64,000 nt of DNA from the human T2T-CHM13v2.0 reference genome, Homo sapiens, in assembly GCF_009914755.1 (NCBI RefSeq), contig NC_060928.1. One strand, written 5' to 3'. Below are positions 13,701-30,600 of the stretch, piece by piece. Under the pieces are notes generated by a model. It was not told the origin of the DNA. It worked only from the letters and a program-made list of their open reading frames with translations, and did no database searches. The translations under genes and the position numbers were made by a program. Each line of letters opens with the position of its first letter. Within the stretch, counting starts at the first letter, position 1.

Positions 13701-15022
13701 CCTCCTAGACTACACAGGAAGATGATATATATACCTCCCTGATGCCTGGGAAGTGCAACCTGTATCCCCACGGAACTCTTCTCATTCTGTCTCTTCTCCC
13801 TGGATCATTCAGCAGGTCAGGGAGTCTCCTGAGTCACCGTTCACCAGCAAGTAGTTCCTTGTGACAGATTTAAGTATCCTGGCAGTTTCTCAAGTCGGTG
13901 GTAGGTGCAGAACTTTAAGCTCACCTAAAGGAGAAGGACTCAATGCAGAATACTTGGTGCTGGAGGCTTCTGCCTTTTTTTATGGTGCCTGTGGTAATGT
14001 CTGAACGTTGTCCCGGAAAATTTACAGACAATGTTGATCATAGTTGGCAATAGCACCACCTCCTCTGGGTAACAAGGGCTCAGTGGTCTCCTATCAAAGG
14101 GGCAGGATTTTGACATCATTCCCATCCCCATGGGTGGGTGTGCTGGGCCTGCCAGGACCCTGGGGGCACAAACCATGAGCCAGGGTTCTCTTAGATGTGG
14201 AAGCAGCTGGTGGTCTTGCTTTCCACGTGTAGGATTCTTTCAGATTTGTAAGGTGGTAGTTTTTGTGGGGAGGTGGTTCTGACAGCTGGGGGTAGAGGCT
14301 ACCAATAGGGAGGGTGGAGAATATTCGGAGCCATCTGTGAGAAAGACTCACTAATGGTCAGTCCTTAGTGAGAAATTATCAGCCTCTCCTGGTGCTGTGC
14401 TGACCTGCAATTCATGAAGAGCAGGGAACCTCCTGGTCCATCTGAATGGGACCTTCCACATAGTTTAAGGTGGAGAGAATGACAGTGCTTTTGGTTGTTC
14501 TAGCCTGTCAGTCGTGGTAGAGTGACATTTTGAAGACTATTTCCATCTCTTTATGTTTGGAACAACTGATAAGCAACTGGTGTCATATCTGAACTGGTGA
14601 TAGAATCAAGTGGGGAAGTTATTTGGGTAACAGAATACCTTGTAGAAAGTTCTAAATCGTATATTTAGTACACTTCATAGAAAACAAATAATCAGGACCT
14701 ACTCTTGTAAATTTTAATCTGTCTTTCATGCCATTTGTGCCTATACATTTCCCACGTAAATTGAACAAACACATCTATTTATCACACTTAAACACTGAAA
14801 TGCTCAGGATATACTATACGTTGCCTTTAATTTTGTTCTTCATTGATTCTCAGGGTAAGAATAGTTACGAAGACTCTTAGAGGAACTTTCAGGTGAACAT
14901 CAGTGACTGACTCCGGATCCCCCTGACAAAAGAATATTAGGAATGTTGGACAGGTCTTACATTTCTTTCTCTTTCTGCTGTACTAAATGGACATCAAGTT
15001 AGTGCTTAAGTAAAACAGGTTT

Positions 15023-17194
<2,172 letters not shown>

Positions 17195-17734
17195 AAGTAA
17201 AACAGGTTTATCTCACGTTACAGTGGTGATCAATAGACTGAAATTGCTCTCACCTAGACAAAATGAGGCTGTCTACATGGTTGGCTTGTTTTTTTCTAGA
17301 GGACTGTCTGTTTCCTTGACTTCCTTTTCAGCAGCCCACTGGGTTCCTTGACTTCTGGCCCCTTTTTCTGGGCTTCACATGGAGGGATTCCGCCCTCAGC
17401 TTCAGAGCTGGGAGTGCCTCTTGAGATCTGATTCTCATTCTGCTTCTGTCTCCTTCTTCTGCTTAATTTTTTGAATCACCTTTGATGACAAGGGACCCTC
17501 CTGGAGGATCCAGGGTGATCTCTGCACGTTAGCTGATTAGCAACCTCAGTTCTGTCTCCCAAATACCCCCTTGCCATATCAAAAACATGTTCCCAGCATC
17601 TAAGGATTAAGACTTACAAATCTCAGGGGGTCAGTAATCTGCCCATGTTATTGAGTACCTAATTTCAAAGTGTCCTGAGGAAGCCCACAGGAAGATGCTG
17701 AACTGGTGAAAGGGTGGCGAGAATAACCAGTGAA

Positions 17735-17760
17735 GGGGTTGGGGGGGTGGGTGGGGAGGG
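17735..17760 (+). other. Putative G-quadruplex
   Basis: GGGGTTGGGGGGGTGGGTGGGGAGGG: five G-tracts with 1-2 nt loops. Confidence 0.6.
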
Positions 17761-20700
17761 AATTGAGCTTACTTATGGAGGCGACTGGGACTCTATCTTG
17801 CTGTATGTCTTCAGCCAGGGATAATGCATCTCGATCGTCCCTTTGGGATGATGTTCTGGTCACTGTCAACCCTATCAGACATGTTCCTTAGTTTTTCCTT
17901 TATCCTGAAGGCCATGAATTCTTGTCTGAAAGGTGGCTCTGCCTGAAAACAAGTAGACTAAAAAGGTACAGGTGTAGCCCTGAGCAGCCCAGTCATTCCA
18001 GAAGAATGCTAAAGGCTGGGATCACCCTTTCAGCATGTGGGGGATGGGCTCAGGATCCACTGCAGCAGGGAGCTTTCTACTGCCTTCCTGTAATAGGGAC
18101 ACTTCCCTCTCCTAGGAAGAGATTCTTAACATACCCTTGTATGTCATTCAGCTTTCTGTGCCTCACACAGGATGTAAAAAGTTGCATACAAAAATTGACA
18201 AGTCATCCTTTTAATAACTTCTAAGTCTCCTACTTTCTCTTCCACAAAAATGAGATTGTATGCTTAAAGATCTAAAAGTAGTGTTCCTTTAAACGTCAGC
18301 TCTCTGTTATATACCATGAGTTCTAAGATGAACTACTAGAAGGAAGTTACAAACTTCATTCCTTCAGTGGGATGTGAGAGATTTGAGTGTGCAGATTTCT
18401 CATTGTGTATGCATATGTGAATGTGGCATTTTATTGCAATATACTCTAAGTTTAGGTGTAAATAGGATCTAAACTGTTAACACATTTAGTTTTTTTAAAG
18501 AAACTTTTGCATGTGAGCTTTTAAGTCTGCATCTGTTTTTGTGCAACTGGTATATTTTGAAGGAAGAAATGTATTCCTTCCAATGTCCCACATTGTTCGG
18601 ATGCATTGAGTCATAGTGAGAGAGACCAAAGTCACTGCCTCCCAATTACAACTTTTAGGATTGAATGAGCAGGAGTGATGAGATCCTTTGAAACTTTTAT
18701 ACTAACTGTCCCTGGCGGGACTAAACCATGTCCCTGAGTCAACCAGAACCTGTGCTGATTTCTAGTGGAAGCTGCTGCCAAGAGTGTCTGCTGTAACTTT
18801 GCCCAGTTCTTTATAAAGTGCTTTGACACCCATCATCTCTGTCTCTTAGACACAGCCTAGGTTAGCCTTTGATCCTTGTCTGCAGGGTGCTCTTGTTCAT
18901 TTTGTGTTTGTGAGAGTCATTCCCAAGCCGGAGTGCCTGGAATGGTCCAGGTAAAGTGTACAACCACCTGACTGCTCAGAGATTTGACATTTTACTCCCA
19001 GGAAAGTTCCACTGGGTGTGGAGTTTGTGGGCAGTACTGATGGGGGTCTCGGATGTCATGGTCCTTTCTCCTAGTGTTCTCGCTGCTGGTCTTGCTTTCC
19101 ATATCTTAGACCCTTTCACGTTTGTGTTTTGTGTTTCTTTCTTGGAAAGTGATTCTAAGAGCCTGGAAGGCAGCAGACATAGCGGGAAGAGGAAGATGAT
19201 TTAGAGCTGTCTGTCAGGAAGAGCTTGCTGTTGTGAGTGTGCAGTGAGAAATGTGCTAGTTGGGAGCCATGCTGACCTACAGCTTGGGAAAGGCAGGGAC
19301 CTCGTGCTCTCCTGTGAAGTGGGAGCCTCTCTGGGACGCAGAACTTCAGGAAGCACTCGGTTGTCTGTCAGTCTACTTAGTTGCTTGGAAACGGGCATTT
19401 TGAAAATGTTTGGTTTTTGTGTTTGGAATGATTTATATATGATTTCTACTCTGATGGTAGAATCCAGTGAGGAAGATGTCTTGCTCCATAGAATAGTTCA
19501 TTAATGTACTGTGCTGTATATTTAGTTTCCTCCATAGAAAACCAAAATACCGATTTCTTTCATGTTTTAATCTATTTCAAAGCATTTGACACTCACTTGA
19601 AATGAGAACCATCTGTAATATCACTGCAAAATCTCCCTCCTGGGATGCTAAGAGGATGTGTGGCCATTCTTCTTGCCTGTTTTCTGGATTAGGGTCACCA
19701 GAGAGGAGAGTTCTAAGGCCTCCTAGTTGAAATAGAAGGTGAAAAGCAGTGACTTCTGGATTCCCCTGAATGTTGAAGTAAGAATTTTGGACAGGTGCTA
19801 TATTTCCTATGGTATTGTGATAAGTAATCAGTGCATTAGGAGCTTAAATGTAAATAAATTTATTCTATCAGAGAGATGAGAGGTGTTTAGAATGGAGTCA
19901 CTCGGAAAAAATGAAAATGTTGGCAAAGTTGTCTGTCTGCTCCATTGGGCAATTTGTTTCATGCCTTTAGCTATCTTTAGAGACCCCCAGCATTCCTTAC
20001 CTTGTTTCTTCTGTAACCTTCAGTGTGGGGACCCTTTTCTGCCTCAGATGGGACCACCTCTGGCTGCCCAGTGTGCACCCACATCTCGAATTCTGATTCT
20101 CCCCTCCAATTCTCCCTGCCTCTCCCACTTTCACACTTGAATCACTTTCCTGACATTGCTCCCCCTGAGCAATCCCGGGAATCTCTGTACCTTCAAGATG
20201 ATGAGCAACCTCATTTCCGTCTCTCCCCTTCACTCCCTGCCTGCTGTGTAGCATAGCATAATCATGGGTTCTCGGGGCTTGGAGGAGGACTTAAGAGGGA
20301 CCCTTCATCTGCCTACTTTATTGGTCCCTTATTTGAAAGTGATCCAAGGGAGCCCAGAGGAGAGTGAAAGGGGGTGGCAATGTAGAGAGGGCAGCCACTG
20401 AAGAGGGGTTAGGATTGAGCTGGTCACTGATGGAGGTGACTGAGACTCAACACTGCTTGGGGACCCTGGAGGAACCACGAGCAATCCATTTCACAACATC
20501 CCTCCTGGAGGGCTACAGTCCGGTTTAACCCGCTACCTCTAACATTCCACCAATTTTCTCTTTACCCAAGTATCTATTCCCCTGAGCTGCTGGGGTGCCT
20601 CTGCAGGAAAATGAGCTAGCTGAGAGGATGAGGGCATGGCCTGGGGCAGCTCAGTCATTCAAGTAGAATGTGCAGCTGCCTGTGTTTCTGTCTCAGCAGA

Positions 20701-21862
20701 AGACAAATGACCTCAGTGTCTACTGCAGCAAGGAGCTCCCCACTCTTCCTTCCTGTGATGGGGACTTTCTCCTTCTCCTGGGAGAGCTGCTCACACACCC
20801 CTGTCTTTTTCACCCTTGTCGTGTAACTATCTCCTGCAAAGTCTGTTTCTATTAAATTTATCAGAATGAGAATAAAAAATGGAGATGACTGATCATTATA
20901 TTCAAAGGATGTTTTGTCTTTTAAGTCTCATGCTTTCTACCACAGCAAAGAGGTGAGACTGTTTCATTCAAGAGCTAAAATGTCATCTACCTTCTATTTT
21001 ATGTCACTTGTCATATGCTGTTATAATTGTTGACGAAATTTGCAATGCTCAGTCCTTCATGGGGCTGTAATGCATACTTGTAAGAACACGTCAACTTTTG
21101 CTTGTTATTGCTATAGAACATACTACTTAGGAGTAAATAAGATTGCAACTCTTAACATTTAGTTTAGGTGTGCTTCCACATGGTCCTAAGCTGCTAAGAA
21201 CAGTCAGCATCCCATTTGAAATTGAGCCATTGATGATCTTTTCATCAGAATTTATTTTTCCCTCCTCCAGCATTTCCTACTTTTTCCCTTGAGTAGGGGG
21301 TGTGGGGTTGAATTGTGATTCCAGCCAAAAGAACTCTGGCTCCCAATTGAAATGTGTAGGGTTGAATAAGCTGGTGTGGACCCCTTGTCTTGTTTGCAGT
21401 CCTGGCAGGATTAACCCAAGTACCTGTATCCACCATACCTGGTGCTGTCTTCCCTTGCAAGCTGCTCATAAATGTGCTTGGGTTTAATTTTGCAATCCTC
21501 TGTAGCTTTTCACTTCTATTACCTCAGCTTCTGGACAGTTCCTAGGTTGTTCTCTGACTCTAGCGTGACTGGCATTGATACTGTTTCCACATGAGGGTCA
21601 TTATTAAACCAGAGGATTTACAGTGCTCCTGGTGAGGTTTCTCACTACTTTTCTGGTGGAGAAATTCACTCCATTTCATGCCCATAAAATGGACTACATG
21701 GGCAGTATTGATTGGGTCTGGGTCACCAGAGTCTTCCCTCACTGGCTTCTGCATCTTGAGACCTCGGTCTTGGGTATTAAACCTTCCTTGCCATTGCTCC
21801 CTTTGCTGTGGTCAAGGGTAGAGGTTAAAGGCCCAGCAACATCCATGCCATAGGACTGGCCC

Positions 21863-21962
21863 TTCCAAGTCTCACAATCTCTTCTCTCCTCTCCTCCCAA
21901 TGTTATTAGGTTGATTCCAAGTCTCACAATCTTTTTCCCTTCTCCCAGTGTTCTTAGGTTGA
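21863..21962 (+). repeat. ~50-bp tandem duplication
   Basis: TTCCAAGTCTCACAATCT...TAGGTTGA occurs twice (21863, 21915). Confidence 0.9.
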
Positions 21963-23884
21963 GCCCCAAATACAGCTGCCCATGGTCATAGCAGTCTGTC
22001 CTCTTTATAGACCAGCTCTGATTTTCTTTCTTGGTGTGAGTGGGTTGATGAAGTATGTGGCTAGTTCGGAAAACTCCTTGGTTCATGCCTTGGACACAGA
22101 ATCAAGGTTTGAGTTCTGGCTCCAGGACACAGTTGCACAGCCTATGCTGTGACAGGTGTGGCAGGTCAGGCAGTTCCCCTTATGATGCCTTCTGCAAAGG
22201 TAGATGGGATCCACTTTGATAATGTTCTATGTAAAAGTCTTAATACCCCTGTCCTACTGGGTTAAAGCCCTGCCTACAAGAGAAAAATAAGCTGCATTTT
22301 TAGCTAATTTGGATTCTTGGCATAGTACAGCATGCTTCGGGATTGGCTAGATCGAGTCTACCTCACTGGATCTTCCAGATCTGTTTTAGTGGTCACAACA
22401 CTAGTACCTATGTGGTACTGAATTTTCAGATTAATAGGATTCAAAATCTACATTTCAACAGATTTTATTCTGATGGAAATTTTTCTAAACATAATGCAGG
22501 GAAGTATTGAATTATCTGTTGCTGTTCCTTATCATCGCTGTAACTCAGACAGTGGAATGAGCATTCTGAGCAGAGTTCATAGATATTTGAACACCATGTC
22601 CGGGTCCATGGAAGATACCCTGAACTCAAATGCCTGAAAGTCCTGTACCTCTCCAAGCTTGCACTTTGGGGCCCAGGAAGAGGGGGATGTCCAAATTAGT
22701 GGAGCAAATGCGTTCTGTCCATTTATCCTCATTTTAGCCTTCATATTTTTCTCCCATCATCAGAAAAACTCCTGTGATCTTCAGACACATTCATTCTAGA
22801 ATTTATCTCATCAAGTACTATCTTTTGCCTGTATATTTCTATTTAAGTTTATATAACCTTGTCTGCCTGATGTCTGCTCCTATTCCTTTAAGGATATTAA
22901 CTCTCTAAATTTCTTGATCATAGGGTCTTTACTCTGTGAAGTTTTCTTAAAATGATGCCCTTCAGATGACTAGTCTTTGTCCTGTGGTTTCCAGTAGTGG
23001 TGGTAAAGCCTGTGCATCTGTATTGGTGGAAAGGCTCAATCAGGAAACATCACTGTTCTGATAGAGACGTACCCCAGGGTTAAAGGTGATAATGTATATC
23101 TCTGTTTCCTCCAAAGCTGTACCATGTGAGTGCTGCTGCTCAAATGTTCCCAGCAAAATCTGAATTGCTAGAAGGTTGGGGATGTGCATTCCTTGTAGTT
23201 TATCTCTGGATGTCTTTGGCACCAATGGAGATAAAATATTTGCAGATAGGGAACAGACATCATCTTTGGTAATACTGTGCCTTTGCTGGGCAACCAGGGT
23301 CCATCTGGAAGACTTGGAAGTGAATTCTGAAACCTTGACAATCATGCAGTGTCACACTGCTCCAGTTAGCTGACCCTTGGTGCAAAACCGGGAGCAAGTA
23401 ACATTTCCTGAGAAATGGCAGCTGTTGCTCATGCCTTTTATGCATTCATCCTTGCTGGCTTTTTCTAAGATAATTTTCTGCTGGCACCGGGTCCAGAGTT
23501 ACGTCCTGGGGGTCAGTTGTAATAGGAAAATAAACCATGCTAGGACTTTTCCTCGTAATGAATTTCTTAGTCCATTTGTAAGCTGTAGCTTCTGGCAGGA
23601 AGAAGCACTGTTGGTCAGCAGAGCTGCAAGGAGATGTGAAACTCCTCACCCATCATACTGAGAAATGATATCAAACATGTTGAGCTCCCGGTCAGCTTGG
23701 AAGTCTGAGGACTTGGGTATCTTACTTCCTTTGGCAGTGAAGCTAGTGAGAATTCAAGGTGTGAACTGCCTGAGTCTTCATGGTCCTCGGGGATGATGAG
23801 CCATGTGAGTCCAGGGTGGTCTGATTGACTACTGAAAAGGTGAGGTCAATTCAGCTAGGACAGATTTGCAAATTGCTAATTATC

Positions 23885-24687
23885 AAAGGATGTGAACAGA
23901 CCCTCCTCAGAGGGAAGACATTTATATGGCCAACAAACATATGAAAAATCACTGATTATTAGAGAAATGCAAATCAAAACCATACTGAGATACGATCTTA
24001 TGCCAGTCAGTGGTGATTATTAAAAGTCAGGAAACAATAGATGCTGGTAAGGCTGTGGAGAAAGAGAGATGCTTTTACACTGTTGGTGGAGTGTAAATTA
24101 GTTCAACCATCGTGGAAGGCAGTGTGGTGATTCCTTAAGGATCTAGAACCAGAAATACCATTTAATCCAGCAATCCCATTACTGAGTATATGGCCAAAGG
24201 ATTATAAATCATTCTGTAAAGACACATGCACATGTATGTTTATTGCAGCACTATTTACAATAGCAAAGACTTGGAACCAACCCAAATACCCATCAATTAT
24301 AGCCTGGATAAACAAAATGTGGTACACGTACACCTTGCAATACTATGCAGCCATAAAAAATGAGCTGTCCTTTGCAGGCCCATGGATGAAACTGGAAGCC
24401 ATCATCAGCAAACTAACACAGGAACAGAAAACCAAACACCGCATGTTCTCATAGTGGGAGTTGAACAATGAGAACACATGGACACAGGGAGGTGAACAAC
24501 ACACACTGGGGCCTGTCGGGAAGTGGGAGGAAAGGGTAGGGAGAGCATTAGGACAAATACCTAATGCATGTGGGGCTTACAATCTAGATGACGGGTTGAT
24601 AGGTGCAGCAAACCACCATGGCACTTGTATACCTATGTAACCTGGACATTCTGCACATGTATCCCGGAATTTGAATTTTTTTTAAAA
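23885..24687 (+). mobile_element. L1PA7/8-like 3' fragment
   Basis: ORF2 end (MFIAALFTIAKTWNQPK) plus 3'UTR. TSD AAATTGCTAATTATC / AAAATGCTAATTTTC. Confidence 0.9.
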
Positions 24688-27600
24688 AAAATGCTAATTT
24701 TCTCTATAGGAACAGATTTTTGAACTTGTACTTTCATGTACAATACTCAATTAAAATATACCCAGACTCAGTCATGACAGCCCACCAATGAGGAGCACTC
24801 CAACTTAGATGCTTCTAGTTTTTCTTGTTGTTGTTGATTGATCACTGCTGGTGTCTCATTAGCTGGCCAACAGAGCAGGTTAACCTCCTTCCCCTTCTGG
24901 TTTCCATCATTACTTGTCTCATGATCCTTAATTATATTACTGGTGACTGGTCACCTTGCTGATGTGCCACACTGAGAAAGACAGTTTTTTTTATTGGCAT
25001 AGGGTGGAGAAAGTCTTCCAGTAACAATGAACCAAGGTTTCAGCCACCCTATTTTCTCTATGAAATCATTCAGTACAAGATGAGTTATTTTTCTGTTTAA
25101 AGGTGAAGTAATGCAGGTTTGGGTTCCTTAAGCAGGAAGATAGACCGAGGAGCTCATCTGCAGTCCCTACACATCAGCATCCCCAGATGGGGCTCCTGAA
25201 ACACTCAGGGTCAGGTGAGCAATGCTCAATACCTGGCTCACTGGGGGTCTCAGTTACTATGGGAAAAACCCTGGTTTAGAAGACATTCAACAGATTGTGT
25301 GACTTAAAGATTAAAAAATTAGAGACAGGAGCCTGTCTGCATAAAAGACAGATTTCTGAAAATCCCAGACAGGAATCTGGGGGAACAGATTTGGGTTACC
25401 CTCCGATAGAACACAGCTGTTCTTCCCAATTTCATCCAGTCACAGGGAAGCTAATGATTCAATGCTCAGATAACAGGAGTGCGCTGGGAACAGTCAGATA
25501 TCATCTTGTTTTAGCTCATTCCATGAACCCATAGAGATCTTTGAGTTCACACTCTGTGAATCTCTTGGCATATGACATTGGCTGTTGGTTCTCAGCTTAG
25601 AACTAGTAAGTCTTGAGCATGGTCTATTCATTAAAAAGGGCTGTAGTAAAATATATCCTTTGGTTCTGACCTCTCACTGCCTGTTTAGGTTGTGGAAGGA
25701 AGCACTTTATTGGGAGCTTAACCTATCATATGAGGACAAGTTTATGCTAGTGATAAATGTCATTCTTGCTTGTCATGAGAAAGTAGCTGTTTTCCCTCAC
25801 CTAGTTTTATCTTCTCTGCTAATTAGCATTGAAGGTACTTTTGGGGACATTACTATGGTCTTAGACGGATCCTCCACTGAATACTATATGGAGAATTGTC
25901 TGCTTTAATTTCCAGCTTAGTAGTCTGCTTGTTCTTGGAATTCTTCCTTGGATGAGGCAGGTAATGGCTAGTCTCACATGAGGCTAATGTGAACCTTCTC
26001 CCAGATATCACAAGGATCATCTACATTGGAAGACTCAAGTTCATTGCAGATGTTGGTGTTGTGGTGGAGATCCAAGAATATTGTCAGGATCTGGAGAGAT
26101 TGGGGGATCTTCAAGCTTTAAAAGTCCAGGCTTTGTAATCGCTGATACTTTTAGATACGTTGTTATAGCAAACTGTCTTTGTATATTTATAAATCTTACA
26201 ATGCTTGTAGGCCTATTACTTTCCCTTAGTTTACAGAACCCTTGATCCACAAAGGATAGTACATCAGGATCATACCCTGTAACACTTGTGCCTCTTGCAA
26301 AATGGCTACAAAGATCATCTGGATACTTCGAAACACTGCAAATGGAAAGCGTGAGTGTGGCCTGGAGTGGCCAGGTGGGGACCTAGAATGATGTGACAAA
26401 GGAAGTTTTCGTATCTTGAAAAGCCTGTGTTCTGGAGAGAACAGAAGAACATAATTGTATCCTCTCCAGACCCTTGACCTGAAACTCAGAATACTTGGGG
26501 CTGAGAAGGTACTGACACTGGTCCCAGGGGAGGGAGCAAGGCTTTGTATGCTGCTGTATGAAAACTCTCTACTCCAGAAGATTGATACTTTTTTTTTTCT
26601 TTACATGTGTCCTGAGGGGTGCGGCTTGTTCCTTATTGATGCATGCTACTTGATGTGGAACTATTGTTGAATTCCTTAAATCTATTGAACCAAGGATGCA
26701 TCTTTGGTTCTACTAGCTGTGTCAGCAGCCTTGCAAGGTATTTGTGGGGGGAATGAAGGAATGGGGTGCGTACAGACTTATCTGGGGGTTCTGTCTCTGT
26801 TCTGATAGTCACCTCAGTGTCTTTGCATCTCAACAGCTCTAATCCTGTGGTTGAGGCACAGGTCATCATGGGTGTTAAACCTACAGGGAAGACCACTGCA
26901 TTAGGGAAAAAACTTGAAGAGGGACATGGCCTGTCTCTCCTTCATAGCTCTCTGCTTATGGCTACCCGGTGTTACTGGGCACTGCCTAACATCTCTGCTG
27001 ACCCATGGTGAATTTCTTTGGCTTGACTCCTGGTGAAACTCCTCAGGGGGTTTGTTTCCACTTCAGGCCTTGTTCATCTGGTGATTCTCAGAATAGCGGA
27101 TTTGATTTAGTGTCCTGGAAATTTGGCAATCACCATGAATGAGGCTGTCTGCTTCTAGCCTGAGTTATCCTTCAAATCTGAAAATGTGTCAATGAAATGC
27201 AGCCTACTGCAACAATTTCTGAGTTGTTTTTCTTAGGGGATGTCTAGAATAATTTGCAACTTTTCTGTATAGAGGAAGAGAAGAGGCTTTGGCCAGTACT
27301 GGTGCTGGAAGGATTAAATTACAGAATCACTGTTACAAAGTTAACCTGTAAACATCCCATATCTTCTAGAGAAAAGTTTGCTAAGCTGTCTTTCACGTAT
27401 TAACAAAAATAACTTTGGAATGTAAATTAATGAACAGAGCTTATTATGTAGTTGTAATTTCAATTAGAAATGCAAAAATGTGCCTCGATTTATTTGTGAC
27501 GTAAGTAATCTGGCACTTACATCTTGACCATGCCAGTGAAAGAAGAGTTAAGGTCCTCTCCTTTTCAATATGAAGGGAAATTACGGTGTTTTAGTTTAGA

Positions 27601-30600
27601 CTTCCTAAATTCCAAACCCAAGTGCTATATGTCTTAGGTAGATGATACTGTGGAAGTGATCCCAGAAACCCAGAGCGTGAAATGGTGAGAGACACGGTGA
27701 GGACAGCAGCCAGAGGTGGGCAGAGCACTGAGTTGATCACAGCTAGGCTGCGTGTGGCTCAGTTCCTCTGGGAATGCTTGACAGAACCACATCAAATGCA
27801 TCTCAGAATGCCCTAGCTAGAAACAGGTGGTTCCATGACTCACTCTCCAACTTGGTCCATCCTGATGATGATTAATGTCTACACACTGAAATGTCCCCTT
27901 GTGCCCAAGGCTGGGCTGCCTTTGTTGAATTTGGAGAAAGCTCTAGGGCTCTCACATTGAGGAAGGGTCATAGGAAAGTTTTCTGGTGGGATAGGGCTGC
28001 AAACCTGATGCCATTCTGTATAGCTGTGCAGATAACGTGGAGGTCACTAAGATGTCACTGAGCTCCCCAGCCTCTGCCGCACCTGCCTACACATTCCAAA
28101 AGATTCCCAATACTCCTGGGTTTTCCTTTAAGTAGGAAAGGGACAAAATTAGTCCTTCTATAGTATGACTGTTCATGTTACATAGCTGAAGACTGACATC
28201 CATCCTCTTGTGAAGGGTTGTTACCTTGTGTCAAGCCCTGTGGATTGTAATAAAGGCTGGCTTTGGGATGTGACATCTTTAGAAACACCCAAGACTGCAT
28301 CAAAGCAAAGAGGTGTGTTTGGAACCATGGTCCTGCATTCACTGCAGTGTCTAACCTTTGGTCCAGGTTGTTTTTGACACAAAGGTCAAGGTGGTTTTAG
28401 ATGGAACAAGGAGAGGGATTCCAAGGCTACTTTGATTTCACTTTCCAGCAAGTATTTATTGGTTTTGTGTAATCTGGATTCTGCCAAACCCTCGTAGTCA
28501 TAGCCAGGATGTCCCTTGTCTGCCTGATACTCTTGCTGCTTATGTTTTGTCAGGGGTTCTTCCCTTCCCTGGGTATCTGACATGGTCCAAGTGAGGTTCT
28601 CACCCTCTGGATGTTATGGAAGAGGCTTTGGTTCTGATTTCCCTCTAGGTATATCTGTAGGGTGTGGTTACAAGGTCAGTGTTGGTGTGAGCCTGGCCTC
28701 ACAGATCTCCACCCAAGACTCACATGGGTTGTCAAATCTCTGGTTCTTCCCTAAGTTACCACAGGGTCATCTCTCAGGGGCTGTCTTCAAGGTAAGTAGA
28801 TGGAGTCCCTTAAAGTAGCAGATCCTTCAGGTGATAGTGCTTTCCATCTTTTAATTTCCCATTGGTTGTGGTTGTTTGAGAATGAGGACGCGTGTTTGAT
28901 GCACAAGTACAGTGTAGGGATTTAACCCTGAGCCCAAATTCTTTGAAGTCCTGATGACCCTCCACCCTGCTCTGAAGGGCCCCTAGGAAGAATGTGGTTG
29001 AGAAATTGAAATGCAAACACTTACCCCTTTTGATTACCTTGCCATTTTTTCTGCAATTACAGAGGCAGTAGGAATGCCAATCATTAGGAAAAGTGCTTTT
29101 TATCTTCCATGTTGTGTAGTCATCCTTCTCCCTGAATGCTGACGTTCAAAGATCCTCTCGCCTGACCCTGGGTTCCTCCCTGGTTGACCCATAGTCAAGC
29201 CCCTCATGGAGTCTGTCACTGGAATCCCCCCAGCCATAGGATGTCTGCAGCAGCTCTGAGTGGCTCCCATGAATCCCATGCATGTATCAGGCAACGTTCT
29301 CAGGTACTGGCCTGTGCGGCTGTGACTCTGATGGCTATGATTGATATGTTCCTGTAAGAGCACCACTGAGTCCAACCAGGCAATTGCTGTCCTGTAGTGT
29401 CTAATTTGTGCCTGCTCTTCTGGGCTTGAATTTTTATCTAGGCTGAGAAATATCTGAGCCAGCACACTAAAGGACACTGACAGAATCGGCTATCATATGC
29501 TGCCTTGTGTGAAGTTACCATGATACAACGGACAGATAAAAAATACCTTATCTATTCAGTCACCAGAAGAAACATGTGTTGCGATCTGATAAGATCCAGG
29601 TGAGGCCTGGGGCTGAGGCTCATGGAGCTTCCTTAGAGTCCTCAAAGTTGCCCAGTGTCCAGTGAGCAGCTCTGCAGTAACAGATACTACTTTGGATTTC
29701 ATGCTGAACATTCTTCTGCCTTCAGGCTGCTTCATCCAAGCAGGTTAATTCCACAACTGGTGCAAGGAGAGTTCTCAGCAGCCCAGATTCGGATACCGGG
29801 TCTTCTCCAGGGAGAACTTGGTTCAGGCTGCCTGCACTGTGGTGCCTGTGTCCAACCCACCCTCCAGCCCAAAAGTCTGTCAGATCAGGGGAAAGTTTTG
29901 GAATGTGTAAAGAACTGAAAACCAAACTGTGCCTTTCTGGCTAGCAAAAAGAACGACTGCTTGGTCAGTTTTAGTAGGGCTGGTAAACTGGCCCTATTCC
30001 TCCAGCATGAGCTCTGCTTGCAGAAGCATCTAAAGTTAAGGAGCTCTAAGGGCATGCGATGTCCCCTGGCTACTTCATAGTCCCTAGAGAGGAAGATACT
30101 CGTCCCTCGTGCCTGAAAACTGAAGTGTTCTGTTAAGTATATGCCTCACATCTACATAGAGCTCTTCAGTGACTGTCTTCTCTGGAATGTTCAGAAGAGC
30201 CTGAATTCTATTGAATCAGTGTTTACCTTGAAGTGAGTAGGGAGTTTCCTGTGATGACAGCTTTAAATCTGCTGTGGCAGTTCCTCAAGGCAGTAGTAGG
30301 AGTAATATTTTAGAAACTAACCCAGAGGAGATAGGACTTAAATACACAATACATAGTTCTAGAAGCTTGAGCTTTGCTTTTCTGGTGCCTTGATATCCAC
30401 AGAAGCTTGTTTTCTCAGGGAGTCTGGGGATGGTGCTCATCAAGGCAACATAAGCACAGTCTCTTTGGGGAAGGAAAAGCTCAGTAGTCTCTGATCCAAT
30501 GGGGCCTGATTTGAAATTATTCTCATCCTTGTGTTGTCTAAATGCTAGGGCTGCCTAGCTCCTTGAGGCACAAGCATCAGCCAGATTTGTCTTCTGTGAT

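Larger units (their letters stand above)
19082..29592 (+). repeat. Array unit U3
   Basis: Aligns with U1 from 2088 onward and lacks the MER2-end block. Confidence 0.85.
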
